From Octopus bimaculoides (lineage: Eukaryota): DNA of 64,000 nucleotides. Below are positions 51,968-64,000 of the stretch, one piece after another. The position numbers and the translations under genes are program-made. Each line of letters starts with the position of its first letter. Position 1 is the stretch's first letter. The stretch covers positions 72,115,108 through 72,179,107 of the forward strand of contig NC_068983.1 in NCBI RefSeq assembly GCF_001194135.2. Direction: 5' to 3'. The notes under the pieces are model-generated. The model was not told where the DNA came from. It did not search any database and was given only the letters and a program-made list of their open reading frames with translations.

Positions 51968-52700
51968 AACAAAATTGACTGGATGGAATAAAATCCAAGT
52001 AGTTAATATGTGGATGATAGCATCACCTCAGTATGGAGTGGGAATTATAAAATAGCAAAAGAGAGAAGTGATGAGAATGGATACCAAGACCAGAAAAATG
52101 TTAACAGTACACAGAGCCTTCCACTCTAAGTGTGACACCAATAGGCTGTACTTGTCCAGAAAAAAGGGTGGAAGAGGTTTGATCAGTTGCCAGGACTGTA
52201 TCAAAGCAGAGAAAAACAGCTTAGAGTGGTGTATAAAAAATGCTGTGGAGACATTTTTGAGACATACAAAGAAGGCCGGCATCATCAAAACTGAAAATTG
52301 TGTAATGAAAGAAAAATTTAAAGAAGATATGACCACAAAATAAGAAAAAGCATGGAAGGAAAAAATAATGTACAGTCAGTTTGCAAGAAATGTGAACGTG
52401 AAGACAGATACAGAGAGTGTCTATGGATGAGGAGTGACCTGAAGATAGTGACAGAAGCACTCATATGTGAGGCTCAAGAACAAGCATTAAGGACCAACTA
52501 TGTTAAGTGCAGAATAGACAACACTACCGACAGTGACAAATGCAGAATGTGTGGTGAGAGAGGTGAAATGGTATGGTACATTGTTAGCATATGCCTGAAA
52601 CTGATACAACACGAATACAAAAGACGCCATGACAATGTGGCAAGAATGATCCATTGGGAGCTCTGTGGAATTCACGGCCTACAAAGAGTATGCCTTAATT
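51968..52700 (+). mobile_element. R4/Dong-like non-LTR retrotransposon fragment (late RT, linker, CCHC knuckle)
   Basis: NKIQVVNMW...YGVGII..; MDTKTRKMLT; RLYLSRKKGGRGL; TEALICEAQEQALRTN; CRMCGERGEMVWYIVSIC; EYKRRHDNVARMIHWELC. Confidence 0.85.
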
Positions 52701-53285
52701 TCTGATGTGTCTGATACTATGATTATGACATCATCCATGAATGCAAACAGGGTAAATAAAAAGAAACTAATAATAACAGGTGACATTATACAATCAGTTT
52801 GACACTGACTATATCAGTGTAATCATGTAATCATATGCGCTAGTGTACTTATCAACATCAATGTAGTCAGAAATGCCAATATATCCATCTGTGGTGTGTG
52901 CTCTTTGACAAAACAAAGAAAAAAATTTCCTTTTTATAAACTGTAAGGAAACAGTTTTATATTTGCTGAACAGCAATAATTTCCAAAAGAAACCATACAT
53001 TTCAGCTGATTTTCTTATATATTCATATGATATTCAGTGTCAAATTGTAACAGACAACAATGTATCTCAAAGTGGATATGCTGGTCTCAGAATGAAAATG
53101 TCAGAATGGATTTAATATCTGATTTCACAACAGAGAAAGAAGAGTTACAAACTTACAGTTTCAGTTACTTTTTCACTTATCATGATTTGCTCTGCACTTT
53201 GCATAATATATCTGTAGAGATTCTGTGCACGATTTTTTAACAGTTTATTTATTCAATGCACATACATACAGATGTGTGCACATGT

Positions 53286-53341
<56 letters not shown>

Positions 53342-54176
53342 ACACGCACAAGCACACACACACACGTATTCTGCCAAGAATATATACAAATTTAAAACAC
53401 AAAATCTTTTTTTTCTTTTTTTTTTTATTCAGAACTGTGTGCTGATATTTGTGTATCTCCATTTCCATACACACACACAGATTTCTTGGTTTTTCTCTCT
53501 ATAGAAATACAACAGGAAATAAGAAGGTATTGTTGGAATTAGATTTGATGTCATTTAGCAGTAAATAAGGAGTTATTGACATTTTAAACTTGTGAGAATA
53601 TAACTGCAAATAATAACCAAACACTCTAGATAGTGATGACAACAACAAACAACTAGCTTATTATATACTTTTTAAAAAATGATGTTCACTTAAATAAAAG
53701 TTTAGATTTCCCAAGGTGTCATTAGAATAGAATTAAGAAAAATTGTTGCCAATGAATTTCCTACTGATTCTGATAATGATTGGTAACTTTAAAACTGGCA
53801 TCCATCAAAATGTCTTTAAACACCTAAAATATGCTAGCCAGATAGAATTAATTTGAAAGACTGATAAATATAAAAATAAATCTTTCGAAGTAATTAGAAG
53901 TGCATCCATTTTCATATCAGAGAGCTGCAAACAAAGTGACTAAACAGATTAAAATAGAAAATATCTAAAAAAACAAAAACAAAAAAAGTTTTTTTCCTCA
54001 AAAATTTTCTCATGAAGAATTCTGGATGTCACAATATACCTTAAAGTTGTAGAGAGAGTATTTAACAAGGTATAATATTTTAGACATTATCATCATGCAA
54101 GCATAAAAGAAAATATGAAAGAGTATTTAAAAACATATTAATAATATACATCTATACATATATGTATATGTGTGGA

Positions 54177-54218
<42 letters not shown>

Positions 54219-54397
54219 AAATCTTTTCCTCTGGGAGTTGCCTTTCATTGACATTCTAATCTGTCATGATCTTCTTGGGCAGATATACATAAATAACATA
54301 CAATTACACACACACAGATATACAGGTGTGGAAACATACACATATAGGCAATATTCATACATTCTACAGAAACAAAAACAAAACTTAAGAAGCTTAC

Positions 54398-54540
54398 CTG
54401 AGAGGGTACAACCACACGATGTAAGAGTTTTCCATCTTTGCTATAGAAATGTAGCTCATTTCGACAGTATAGATTTGGAAGTCGTACAAAACCAGCCACT
54501 GCTAAGTACTCACCGCAGTTGGACCAGTCCATTTTGACTC
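54398..54540 (-). CDS. TULP4: Internal exon of a WD40-repeat protein, probably tubby-related protein 4 (TULP4; WDR35/IFT121 is the alternative)
   Basis: Polypyrimidine tract plus AG acceptor at 54542-54541 and GTAAG donor at 54397; 143 nt, phase 1 to phase 0, open. Translation (G)VKMDWSNCGEYLAVAGFVRLPNLYCRNELHFYSKDGKLLHRVVVPSQ matches the W.....LAVAG...FY...G pattern of the TULP4/WDR35 beta-propeller. Confidence 0.75.
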
Positions 54541-57140
54541 CTAATAAAAAAAAAGGAGAAAAAGGAAAGTAAATATTTATATAGTGGTATTGCCAACATG
54601 TGTGTGTGTGTGTGTGTGTGTGTGTAATTGTAAATATCTTAAGTATGAGATAGAGGTGAACTTTAATGAGGCTAGTGCCTAACTGTAGTCTTAAAGTGTT
54701 AAGTTGATGAAGGATAAATTTCTACTTGAATAGCATGTCATTTGCCCAGGTGAGCTGACACATATTTCTGATAGCTAGATAAAATGAGACAATGTAGGAT
54801 GTTCTTCACCCAGAAACACAATGAAACATGCTGTATTTGGACACGCAGAAAAAAGCTTCCATAAGATAGTCGACCAGATTTCAGGCTGATGATGATGATG
54901 ATGATGATGATGATGACAATGACAAAGTTACTGTCACAGCAGACAATGATGAGAATGATAGTAGTTATGATGATGATAATGATGATGATGGCAAAGATGG
55001 ATTTGATGATGAGGATGAAGGTGACAATGAGGAAATGCCAACATCGATAATGATGATGATGATGGTGATGATGGGGATGATGAAAATAGATGAGACATGC
55101 TAACAAATAAGTAAAAATAATTCTAAAAATATTGCTAAGAGATAAGAATTCTAAAATTGAATATTGCACAAATTTCACTTCAGAATAATGTCTACATTTG
55201 CACAATGGACAAATTGTATACAGATAGAAAGCAAGAAACAAAGAAAAATAAACAGAAAAATAATAAATAAATACAAGAATAAAACTTTTTCTTTCCCTAT
55301 TTAAAATGTGATAAGAGGCTAGTTTCAGCAATAGAAAAGTAGAAGGGATATTTCAATGTATGATCTCCCATCAGGATAAATGTTTGGTTCAGAATGACTG
55401 GTGAATATTACATCATCTACAAAGCATCTGCTTCAGATTTGTCCAATATGAAATAATGAAGTAGGAAGCCCAGATGTATGTATATATCTGCTGACTGAAC
55501 TGTTATTGAAATGGAATAACTAAATTCCATTAGTGTGTGCATATATGTTTGAGTATGTATAGTTGTTACCTATCTTTATACATAGCCTTTCAATAAAGCT
55601 AACAAAGTAGCCCCTAAATGGTTGCTCAACTAGCTAGAAAGAGTAACCAAAGTTACCTCAAATCACATTTTGCTCTCTTGTAGCTCTACTGAAACAGGAC
55701 TTACCATATTTTTTTATCTTCGTCATCAGCATAATTTAGTATAAACATCAGTAGTAATTTCAGTTATTCTTTACACACATACATATACACGTGATGACTT
55801 ATGTCTTGTCATACTACATAATATGTGTTTTATGCCTCATTTTGAACTATTGTCTTCTCGGTTCCATACTGGGCATATTCCCCATACACATATATACACT
55901 TACATAATATATATAACTATATCCATAATATATTGCAATTTCATGATTTTCAAAAGTAGTGTGAGAGGGGGGATCTGTAGCTATGCTGAATTTCTCTTGG
56001 TTGACCAGATTCTAAAAATGTGCACACCAAATAACCCTCAATTGAGATACTGTAAATACTCAACACACGTTATGTATATACACACACACACACACACATA
56101 CACACATATACATCTGGTGATAAACTCATCTGCTAGGAAATTTCAGAGGAATGGTGTCTATTAGAGGCTGTAGACTTCATTTGAGAATTGAGTATGCAGG
56201 CAAAGAAACAGACCACAAAGGTAGTGGCACTATCCAGACAGATAGTAGTAAACGATGGGAGAAAAAGGGGAACAAAGATTAACAATAATGGTAAAAATAG
56301 GATATGTATCAATGTGTCATACTATAGTGAACAGATGGCGAATTGATTAAGGACAACTTTCCTCTCAGAATAGCATATAATGACTACACTCTGGGTAAAT
56401 GCCAGTTCTTTGGCCAAAATAATACACAAGATGTTGCATGCCACATTGGTTGCTGTCCAATCAACAGACGTCATTCGACTAATGTGTTTAAAAACCAATT
56501 TGTTTACAGGTTAATCTGGAGGCAACAACATTGGATCAACTAAACAATGATTGCAAATCAGATTAGAGGAACATTTTTACAAATCCACATCACCTAGCAC
56601 AGTATTCCAACACAAAAAATAAATGAAGAAATACAAAATCACAGCTCATGGCAAAATAACCAGAGGATGTAAGCCTCAAAACAGTTGAGGCACATTTCAT
56701 TAGAAAGCAGAAACCAACTTTAAACTACAAAGAATTCAACACATGAAAATACCTATTTAGTCTCTCCATGTAGTAAAAGTATGTTACTATTTCCTAGTAT
56801 ATCAATGAGAATACAAATCAGTCTATGTGACGGTGATTTAAAGAGCATAAAGCACTCATGAAATAAATAATAAAACACTTATATCAGCAACAAGTCTTGT
56901 AAGTAGACATTTATTTTTGTTATAGGTGATCATTTACTGGTCTGTTTGTTTGTTCATACATGCATTCAAGTGCTACTTTTGGTATTAGTCTATTTCTATA
57001 CTTGTCAATTTTATCCCACATAACTGCACCAATACATGCATGTGCATAACACACACAAATTTTATCTTTGTTTCTGACTCAGAATGTGCTTCTAGTTCAT
57101 ATATATTCCAGCAATATCATTTGTTAATATTTAGGCAGTA

Positions 57141-57360
57141 AGGCAGTGAGCTGGCAGAATTGTTAGCACACTAGGCAAAATGCTTAGCTGCATTCTGTCC
57201 ATCTTTATGTTCTGAGTTCAAATTCCATTGAGGTCGACTTTGCCTTTCATCTTTTCAAGGTCAATGAAATAAGTACCAGTCAAGTACTGGGGTCAGTATA
57301 TTCAACTTACCTCTGCCCCCCTCCTCAAGAAATTACTCGCCTTGTGCCAAAATTTGAAAC
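57141..57360 (+). mobile_element. Nin-domain-like tRNA SINE
   Basis: ggcagtgagctggcagaattgttagcac...gttctgagttcaaattcc...gaggtcgactttgcctttcatcttttcaaggtcaat.aaataagtaccag. Confidence 0.8.
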
Positions 57361-58929
57361 CGATATTTATTTAGACAGTATCAAATTATCTATATCCTCA
57401 AACATAGAATGCTTGATATTAATTAAATCTTATATTACAGATACATTTTATTCTATCTACTTTTAAATTACTTTTAATGCCAAGTCTTATTGTTACACTT
57501 TCAACAAATCTATCTACCTCCACTCCATTGATTTATCATATTTAGTAAATACCAAATATTTTTTCTTCTTACTAGGTACAAGGCCAGTATTTTATGCAAG
57601 TGGCTACACTTGACTGAATGAACCTCATACCGACAACTTACCAATATTCTCCATCTTGTCTATGCCTTTTTCAACCACTACCACAGTGAACTCCGCTCCC
57701 CAAAGTTGGCTTGTCATATACCACCTTGACTGTAGGCAACCTTAACTCAATCATTCTCTCCTCCACTCATCACCCATAATACTTTCACCTTTCCAGGCCC
57801 GGACGGGCTGCTACAGCCAGTCTTTTCCAAGGGTAAGTAATTTTTGGAATGCACATATTTTCCCTGTCATTGCTGCTTTGCAACAGTTCATGTGGAATGT
57901 TCACTATGCCAATCTCACCAATTTCTATGGGCTTTCAAAGGTACTTGGTATAGTCCTATTCTCCAAATTATACCAAATTTTTTTAAAAAGTACCAAAAAA
58001 GGATTTATTTTAAAATTATTTGGACAATATCTAATAGTTACATAAAAATGAAAATATAAATTACTAATAACAATTATGAATATTGCACAATGGTTCTGTA
58101 TTATTCACATCTTGCATCTTGTTAATAAAATACTAGAGAGGACATGTTTTATAACTTGGCATTAGAGATGGGGGATACAACTGCACTTTTTTTAATTAAT
58201 TGTGAAAGAGGTCAATCAAAAAAATTTGCATTTGAATTATGCAATTTCTACAAAGCTGTTCCTTCACTTTTGTGAGCTGCAATGTAATTGAAAACAAAGT
58301 ATCATCAGAATAGTTCCATGGCAAATTGTTTTCTGAAGGAATGGGCTAAAAAATTTGTTTTGATCTAACACTGACTTTGTTATTTCATTTTGAACTGATT
58401 AAACTTATTAGAAATGCCCAAACATGGTAACACTTTGAAAGTGCTAAAGGCCTCTGATAACAGTACTGAATATCATATGAGAAAATCATACCTGAGACCA
58501 AGGAATGAAATTGTTGATTGTATAGGCACATATCAGTTCAATAATTTCATAAGACAGACACTGTTAATGAGACACAGAAGGGAATTTAGCTTCCCAGACA
58601 AAGACTTTTTCTCCCCAAAAAATTCTGCCACAAATTCACCTCAAAGCAAACAAACTTATTCCATTTTGTTAACTTAAACAATCAGTTTTGTAATAGTCAT
58701 CATATTTTGAAACACGATTAAACTTTGATTGTGAATCATTAATTCATTCTAAATTCTAATAGCTGCTATCCCCAAAAAAAGAAAACATAATTTTTTTATT
58801 TATGAAGAGAAGATTATGGAAACTATTTTAAATTTAGAAAAGATTTAGTGAAGACTTCTTTAATACTGTGTAAAATCAGGAACAAAACATATTTGTTATC
58901 TCTCTTTCTGGCATTTCATTGGTTACAAT

Positions 58930-59212
58930 GATGTTCAACACAACAGCCTGCTCTTGAAATTAATTCTCAAGTGACTGAGTGCTCCACAGACATGCATACA
59001 CTTAACATAGTTCTCAATGAGATACAATGTGATACAGAAAGTGACAAGGCTGGCTCTTTAAATTACAGGTATAACTTGTTTTTGCCAACTGAGTGGATTG
59101 GAGCAATGTGAAATAAAGTGTGTTGCTCAAGGACACAACATACCACTGGAAATCGAACCCATGACTTTACAATCATGAGCCAAAAATCCTAACCACTAAG
59201 CCATGCACCTCC
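58930..59212 (-). mobile_element. tRNA-derived SINE (family of 8281-8567)
   Basis: gtgctccacagaca...ttgctcaaggacacaa...gaaatcgaacccatgac...cctaaccactaagccatgcacc. Confidence 0.7.
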
Positions 59213-59932
59213 ATAATAATAAATTATTGATTTACAAGGCAAAAACAATTTGCCGTGGTTTAAGCAACAAGGACACTAAAAGTTCTTCATTTAATTCACT
59301 TCTAAAGCAGAGATAGTACACCTACCACCAATTAATCAAATACTCTGGCAAATAGAAATTATGCTTATTTATATGTGAGAAGGCTGACATATTAGTATCA
59401 GTAGATATTTCATATTAATAATTTCTAACATAGGTACAAGGCCACACATTTCTAGAGGATAGGTTGTTAGTTAATTATGTCAATCCCAGTATTTGACTAG
59501 TATTTTATTTTAACCACACCAGAAGGATGAAAGGTAAAGTTAACTTTAGCAGGATTTGAACTTAGAAGAGCCAGAACAAATTCTGCACCACTTTAACAAT
59601 TCTGTCAATCCACCTTGTATTGTTAATTTTTAAACATGATATTTTCATATCAATTTGACTCCCAATTACCAATTCAGATATTAATTAATTGAGCAATTTA
59701 TTAGAATTTAAAAAAAGAGTAAACTTTTAATTAATAACAGCAATTATTACAGAGATTTTGTATTGATCTATTATCAGATCTTAATAATAGCCTTACTAAT
59801 TAAACACAAGAAAAAGAATATTTTGAAAGTTAGAAATAAATCAGATAGATGCAGTCCCAAGTTGTAATATTCTTAAAACGTTGTAGTAATGGAATGCTCA
59901 TAATTTTACTAGCTGTTTGTAGCATAGCATAC

Positions 59933-60125
59933 CAAATTTCAGTCCCGTCATCACCGTTTTAATGTCTAAATTTTTACATTTGCTTGGGTCAGATAAGAAT
60001 ACATTAGGGCAGAGTTTTCTACTGCAGGATGCCCTTTCTAAAGTCAACTTCAACTGTTGCCAAGCAGAGCAATAATCTCTCAGTTTACCAAACATTAAAC
60101 AGCCTGAGTATGGTTTTATAGAGAA
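59933..60125 (-). CDS. Candidate upstream exon of the TULP4-like gene (uncertain)
   Basis: tttttcatttccAG acceptor, 193-nt open frame ending ...IKTVMTGLKF G|GTATGC; phase 1 is compatible with exon 54398-54540. The rest of the peptide does not resemble TULP4 as I recall it. Confidence 0.25.
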
Positions 60126-60326
60126 CTGGAAATGAAAAACACCATATGAATAAACTTTTTTTTATAATACAAAAACTGCATACCATGTCAGGACATATCA
60201 AGTCCAAACATGCTTTCAAGGTGAATTGCCTACATGAAGAGTGAGGCCTTTGTTTACAATCTGAATAGATGTGAAGACAAAAAGAAATACAAACTTGCTC
60301 ACACACATACACACAATTGTGTGTGT

Positions 60327-60362
<36 letters not shown>

Positions 60363-60454
60363 GTATGTGTGTGTGTGTGTGTGTGCGCACATATATACAA
60401 GTATATATTTGTATGTGTGTATATGTATGTGTATGATGGGATTCTTTCAATTTC

Positions 60455-60600
60455 TATCAGCCAAATTCATTCACAAAGCTTTTGTTGGCCGAGGGTTCTA
60501 GAAGAAGATACTAGCAAAAAGTGCCATGCAGGGGAACTGAACTTGAAACTACATGGCTGAGCACAAACATCTTAACCCTACAGCCATGCCTGTGCCTGGT
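60455..60600 (-). mobile_element. SINE 5' half, degenerate (family of 43647)
   Basis: ccaaattcattcacaaagcttttgttggcc...acagccatgcctgtgcc. Confidence 0.6.
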
Positions 60601-63600
60601 TACGCCTTCACCAGTTATAAATAGATAGTAAAGAGTCAGATAAATGATTTTACAGCTGTAGAATGCATGTCATAAGAATGACATCTAGCTGTGTTGTAAA
60701 CCAGAGATATTGTATGTGTGCCAGTCTACTCTGTATTAACTTTACTGTGGCCATTTTTCGTACAAGATTAAACTGCCTTTGTGCCAAAAATTAACTCTTG
60801 ACATGACAAACAACAAATGCTTACCCACTGAAATCAGATGTTATCTTCAATTTAAAATATGAACTTAAATTTAACTATTTTAATTAAGGTGATTTTTGGT
60901 TTTGGGTTGTTTAGTATTGAAAAAATTAAAAGAAACTAAATACCAATATCTTCTTCAAAGATACTTTTCATTCTTAAATGATATCCGAAATTAATATTCA
61001 TTACTCAAAACAACACTTTTGGCTAAGAATATGTAATCTTAGATCTCAGTGAAAGAATCAGCCATTTACGCAAGTGGAAGCATTTAATCTGTAGACTGTT
61101 AAAAGCCTAAGTGATATCAAGTATGTGGGAAAAGAAAAATTAAATTAAATGATAACCAATTTTTTTCTTTTCCTTCAGCAAGCAAAGAGGACAATGCTGG
61201 ACATGTTTCATTCTTACTGGAACTCTTCAATGGAAGTGCACACTTCACATCTTAAAATGTTTGGGATCAAATTGCTAAGTAAACACAGAAATATTTATCA
61301 GTGCAGAGCAGAAATATTTTTAAAAAGTACTTTTTTGAGACATCGCTTGCAATATATTTAATAGCCTAATATAAGCAAATTTAAGGTAAAATTTATTATT
61401 TACTTTTAGGAATATACTGTTAAATAAAGATATCAAACATATTGATCACTGGATGACAGAAAGAAGTGGCTGAGCTACTATTTCATAGAGTGAATTAATT
61501 ACTCAATAATTCTGATACCAATTTGCTTAAGGCTATCCCTACTTCTATATTATCCAACTACCTAAACAACTTATATAGCAGTATTTGTATTTGAATCTCA
61601 GTTAAAATTTTCTTATTACAAAAATAACACAACATTTCAGTAGGTAAAAATCCCATCAAAGTTTTATGTAAGAACCTTTTTATGAATTGTATTCTGAACA
61701 GCAAATTAATGATGTTTATTTTGTTAAAACAGCTATATATACATTAGGCCACAATAGCAGAGATTAAATATTAATGACAAACATTAAATATTCTAAATAA
61801 TCATAAAGGTAACTATCAAACAATAATAAATAATGAAAAATTAAATAAACATGATTTTAAAATAGATTTAAAATATTCCTAATTAAATATATGTAAGTTA
61901 TATTCCAAATAAAAAGACTCACTGGGTTTCACACTGCCACTTGACTCTTGGAGTTCTTCAGCACTTATCTTTAGTGCAGAGACTGAGGCTGAGTGCTTGC
62001 AACTCTGTTGCAGGCATTTGAGTTAGGCCTCTGCTCTGAAGACAACCTCTTTTTACCAGTCTTTGAAAAAATAATGAAAAAAAGAATCCAACTTTCCACT
62101 CCATGCTCCCAGATATAAACTCTCTACTGAATCCAGTTTCTAGAGGAAATTAAAGGGTGATGAGCCTGAAATCAGCAGCTTAATGGAACTTAATATAACA
62201 CAAGACCAGCAGTTTAGAGAGGAAGGGTTAGTGGATTAAATTGACCAATAAACAAAAAAAGTTACAGCAACTCCTTTACATCTCCAAGTGATTAATTTTT
62301 TTGATATCTTTTTTTTAACAGTGTATTCTTAGAAATAAATCATAACTTTTGCCTTAAACATGCTTACACTTACTGAGCTCTTAAACATATTTCAAGTGGT
62401 GTTTCAAGAAAATATTATTTTTTCATATATCTGCTCTTTGCTAATAAATATTTCAGCAGTTCAGTCGCAAATACTTTAGGAAGTTAAGTGGAAAATGCAC
62501 TTCTACTGAAGTAAGAATGAAACACACCCAGCATTGTCTCCTATCCCTGTCCCTTGTCAAAGAAAGAATAATATTAGTTAACAAATAATTCCATTTTTCT
62601 TTTATCACATGTCTGATGCTTAGATTTTTAACTTTCAAGGATGAAATACGTTTTCATTTGCTTAATTATAAAACTGACAAGTTCTTTTATGTAGGTCTAG
62701 GATTACACTTTGGACACACTCATGGTTGTTTTGGGAAAAGTATTAAAACACATTAGTAGAGTATATTATTGTTAGAAATAGGGTTGTTAAACCTTTAAGA
62801 GAATAGGGAAACATTTCAGAGATTGTTGTAATAAAACCCTCTTTGCAGAGAAACGTGATACAATAATGACATAATACAAGTAGAGAGCCAGTAGTAAATG
62901 TAATGAAGGCATTTGAATAATATTGAAATTCACCTCACATAAAATCTATGTAAATTAGATAAATTAATTCCTTATTTGCCTTCTTTCTGCTGTCTTGTTT
63001 GTTAACTAATATCTAATTCTGATCATCAAGTAATTACTTTCTTATTCCACAGCTATGTTGCTGGGTGTATTGACATAAGCTGTGTAGAAATATTAATACA
63101 ACTATTCCACCAGGGCAATTATCCTATTTGCAAATTTTCTGCTATCCATCATTGATCTATTTCATATAGACCAGACACAACTAACAGATCAACGTCCACT
63201 TCTTTACTGACGACTCAACACTTAACCTATCCTCTTACAATATTTGATTATTGTGTTCAGATATCATTACCAGCAACAAAGTAATCAATAGCCTTCATTT
63301 TAAACACCAATCCCAGCACAGTTTTCAAATATAACATTGAATCAGAGCTTAGTCATTTCAGGAAAGAAAAAGCTAAACCTAAATTTTTATGATAATAAGA
63401 TAGTATAATGATTGTACAAAATCAGGTATAATATTACAGTATATTACTGCAGTGAAGTGACAATAAAAGTCAGTGGTGCATTGATATATTTGTTGTCATG
63501 GAGATGTGTATTATGGTAAACTGTAACAATAGAAAATTCAAATATAACTGATAGCTATTGATTTAGATTTATATAAATGTTTAATGAGATAATTAAAGAA

Positions 63601-64000
63601 TGGGAAAAAACAAGATGAAATTGAGGAAGTTATAAAATATCAGATTGTTATTAAAAAAATTGTTTTGAAAGAATACCCAAAATTTCAAAATTTATACCCC
63701 ACCTTTGCAAGAATTTGTTGTGCTCCGTGAAAGTTGATATGGGAAACAGTAAAGTGAAATAGTAGGTTTATTTTTTGGGGGGTTGCTGGAGTGGAAAGCT
63801 AAGAATGTAAATTTTTGGTAAAGTATAGTAGCTGAGGCTTTAGTTGTTGTCAAAAATAATAATAAAATTAAACAGTTCAATTAAGAAAATGCTCATTTAA
63901 AGTCTATTTAAGAAAACAAATAATAATAAAATGATGATAAAGGTAATAATAAAACTAAACAGTTAGGAAAACACTCGTTTAAAGTTATTTAAGAAGTAAA

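Noticed and set aside
51647-51998. Poly-Y/poly-I/poly-L ORFs
   Set aside because: Translations of the (TAA)n array; the same applies to the HT/CV/YI-repeat ORFs elsewhere.
55700-55770. Minus-strand LNYADD (RT-like motif) next to a GTAAGT donor
   Set aside because: Too short, with stops around it; insufficient to call an RT fragment or an exon.
61923-62060. 138-bp minus-strand segment with strong AG/GT sites, also containing CTGAAGA...GAAAC
   Set aside because: Stops in all three frames, so not a coding exon. GAAA does not follow the hairpin directly, so not an HHR. Probably a repeat fragment.

Overview
AT-rich, microsatellite-dense animal genomic DNA. The SINE and LINE repertoire suggests an octopus or other coleoid cephalopod; this is inferred from recognised repeat motifs, not from a database search. 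The only host coding sequence I can support is one 143-nt minus-strand exon (54398-54540) of a WD40 protein of the TULP4/WDR35 type, most likely TULP4. Most of the window is therefore probably intron or flank. The rest is decayed mobile DNA: two copies of one mariner family in opposite orientation, a Merlin/IS1016-like transposase relic, two Penelope-like elements (PLEs), R4/Dong-like, RTE-like and CR1-like LINE fragments, and several tRNA-derived SINE families. There are four assembly gaps. The most notable signal, read by eye, is a set of sequence-unrelated type I hammerhead ribozyme (HHR) motifs in four different small-element architectures: (i) an HHR inside a ~30-bp inverted repeat (1132-1278); (ii) a 357-bp unit with 58-bp direct repeats resembling a non-LTR retrozyme monomer (24072-24486); (iii) a PLE tail with a tRNA-like Pol III head, a microsatellite and an HHR (34307-34525); (iv) a degenerate HHR in the tail of a PLE flanked by 63-bp inverted repeats (11581-13261). 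All identifications and folds were done by hand, and many boundaries are approximate.
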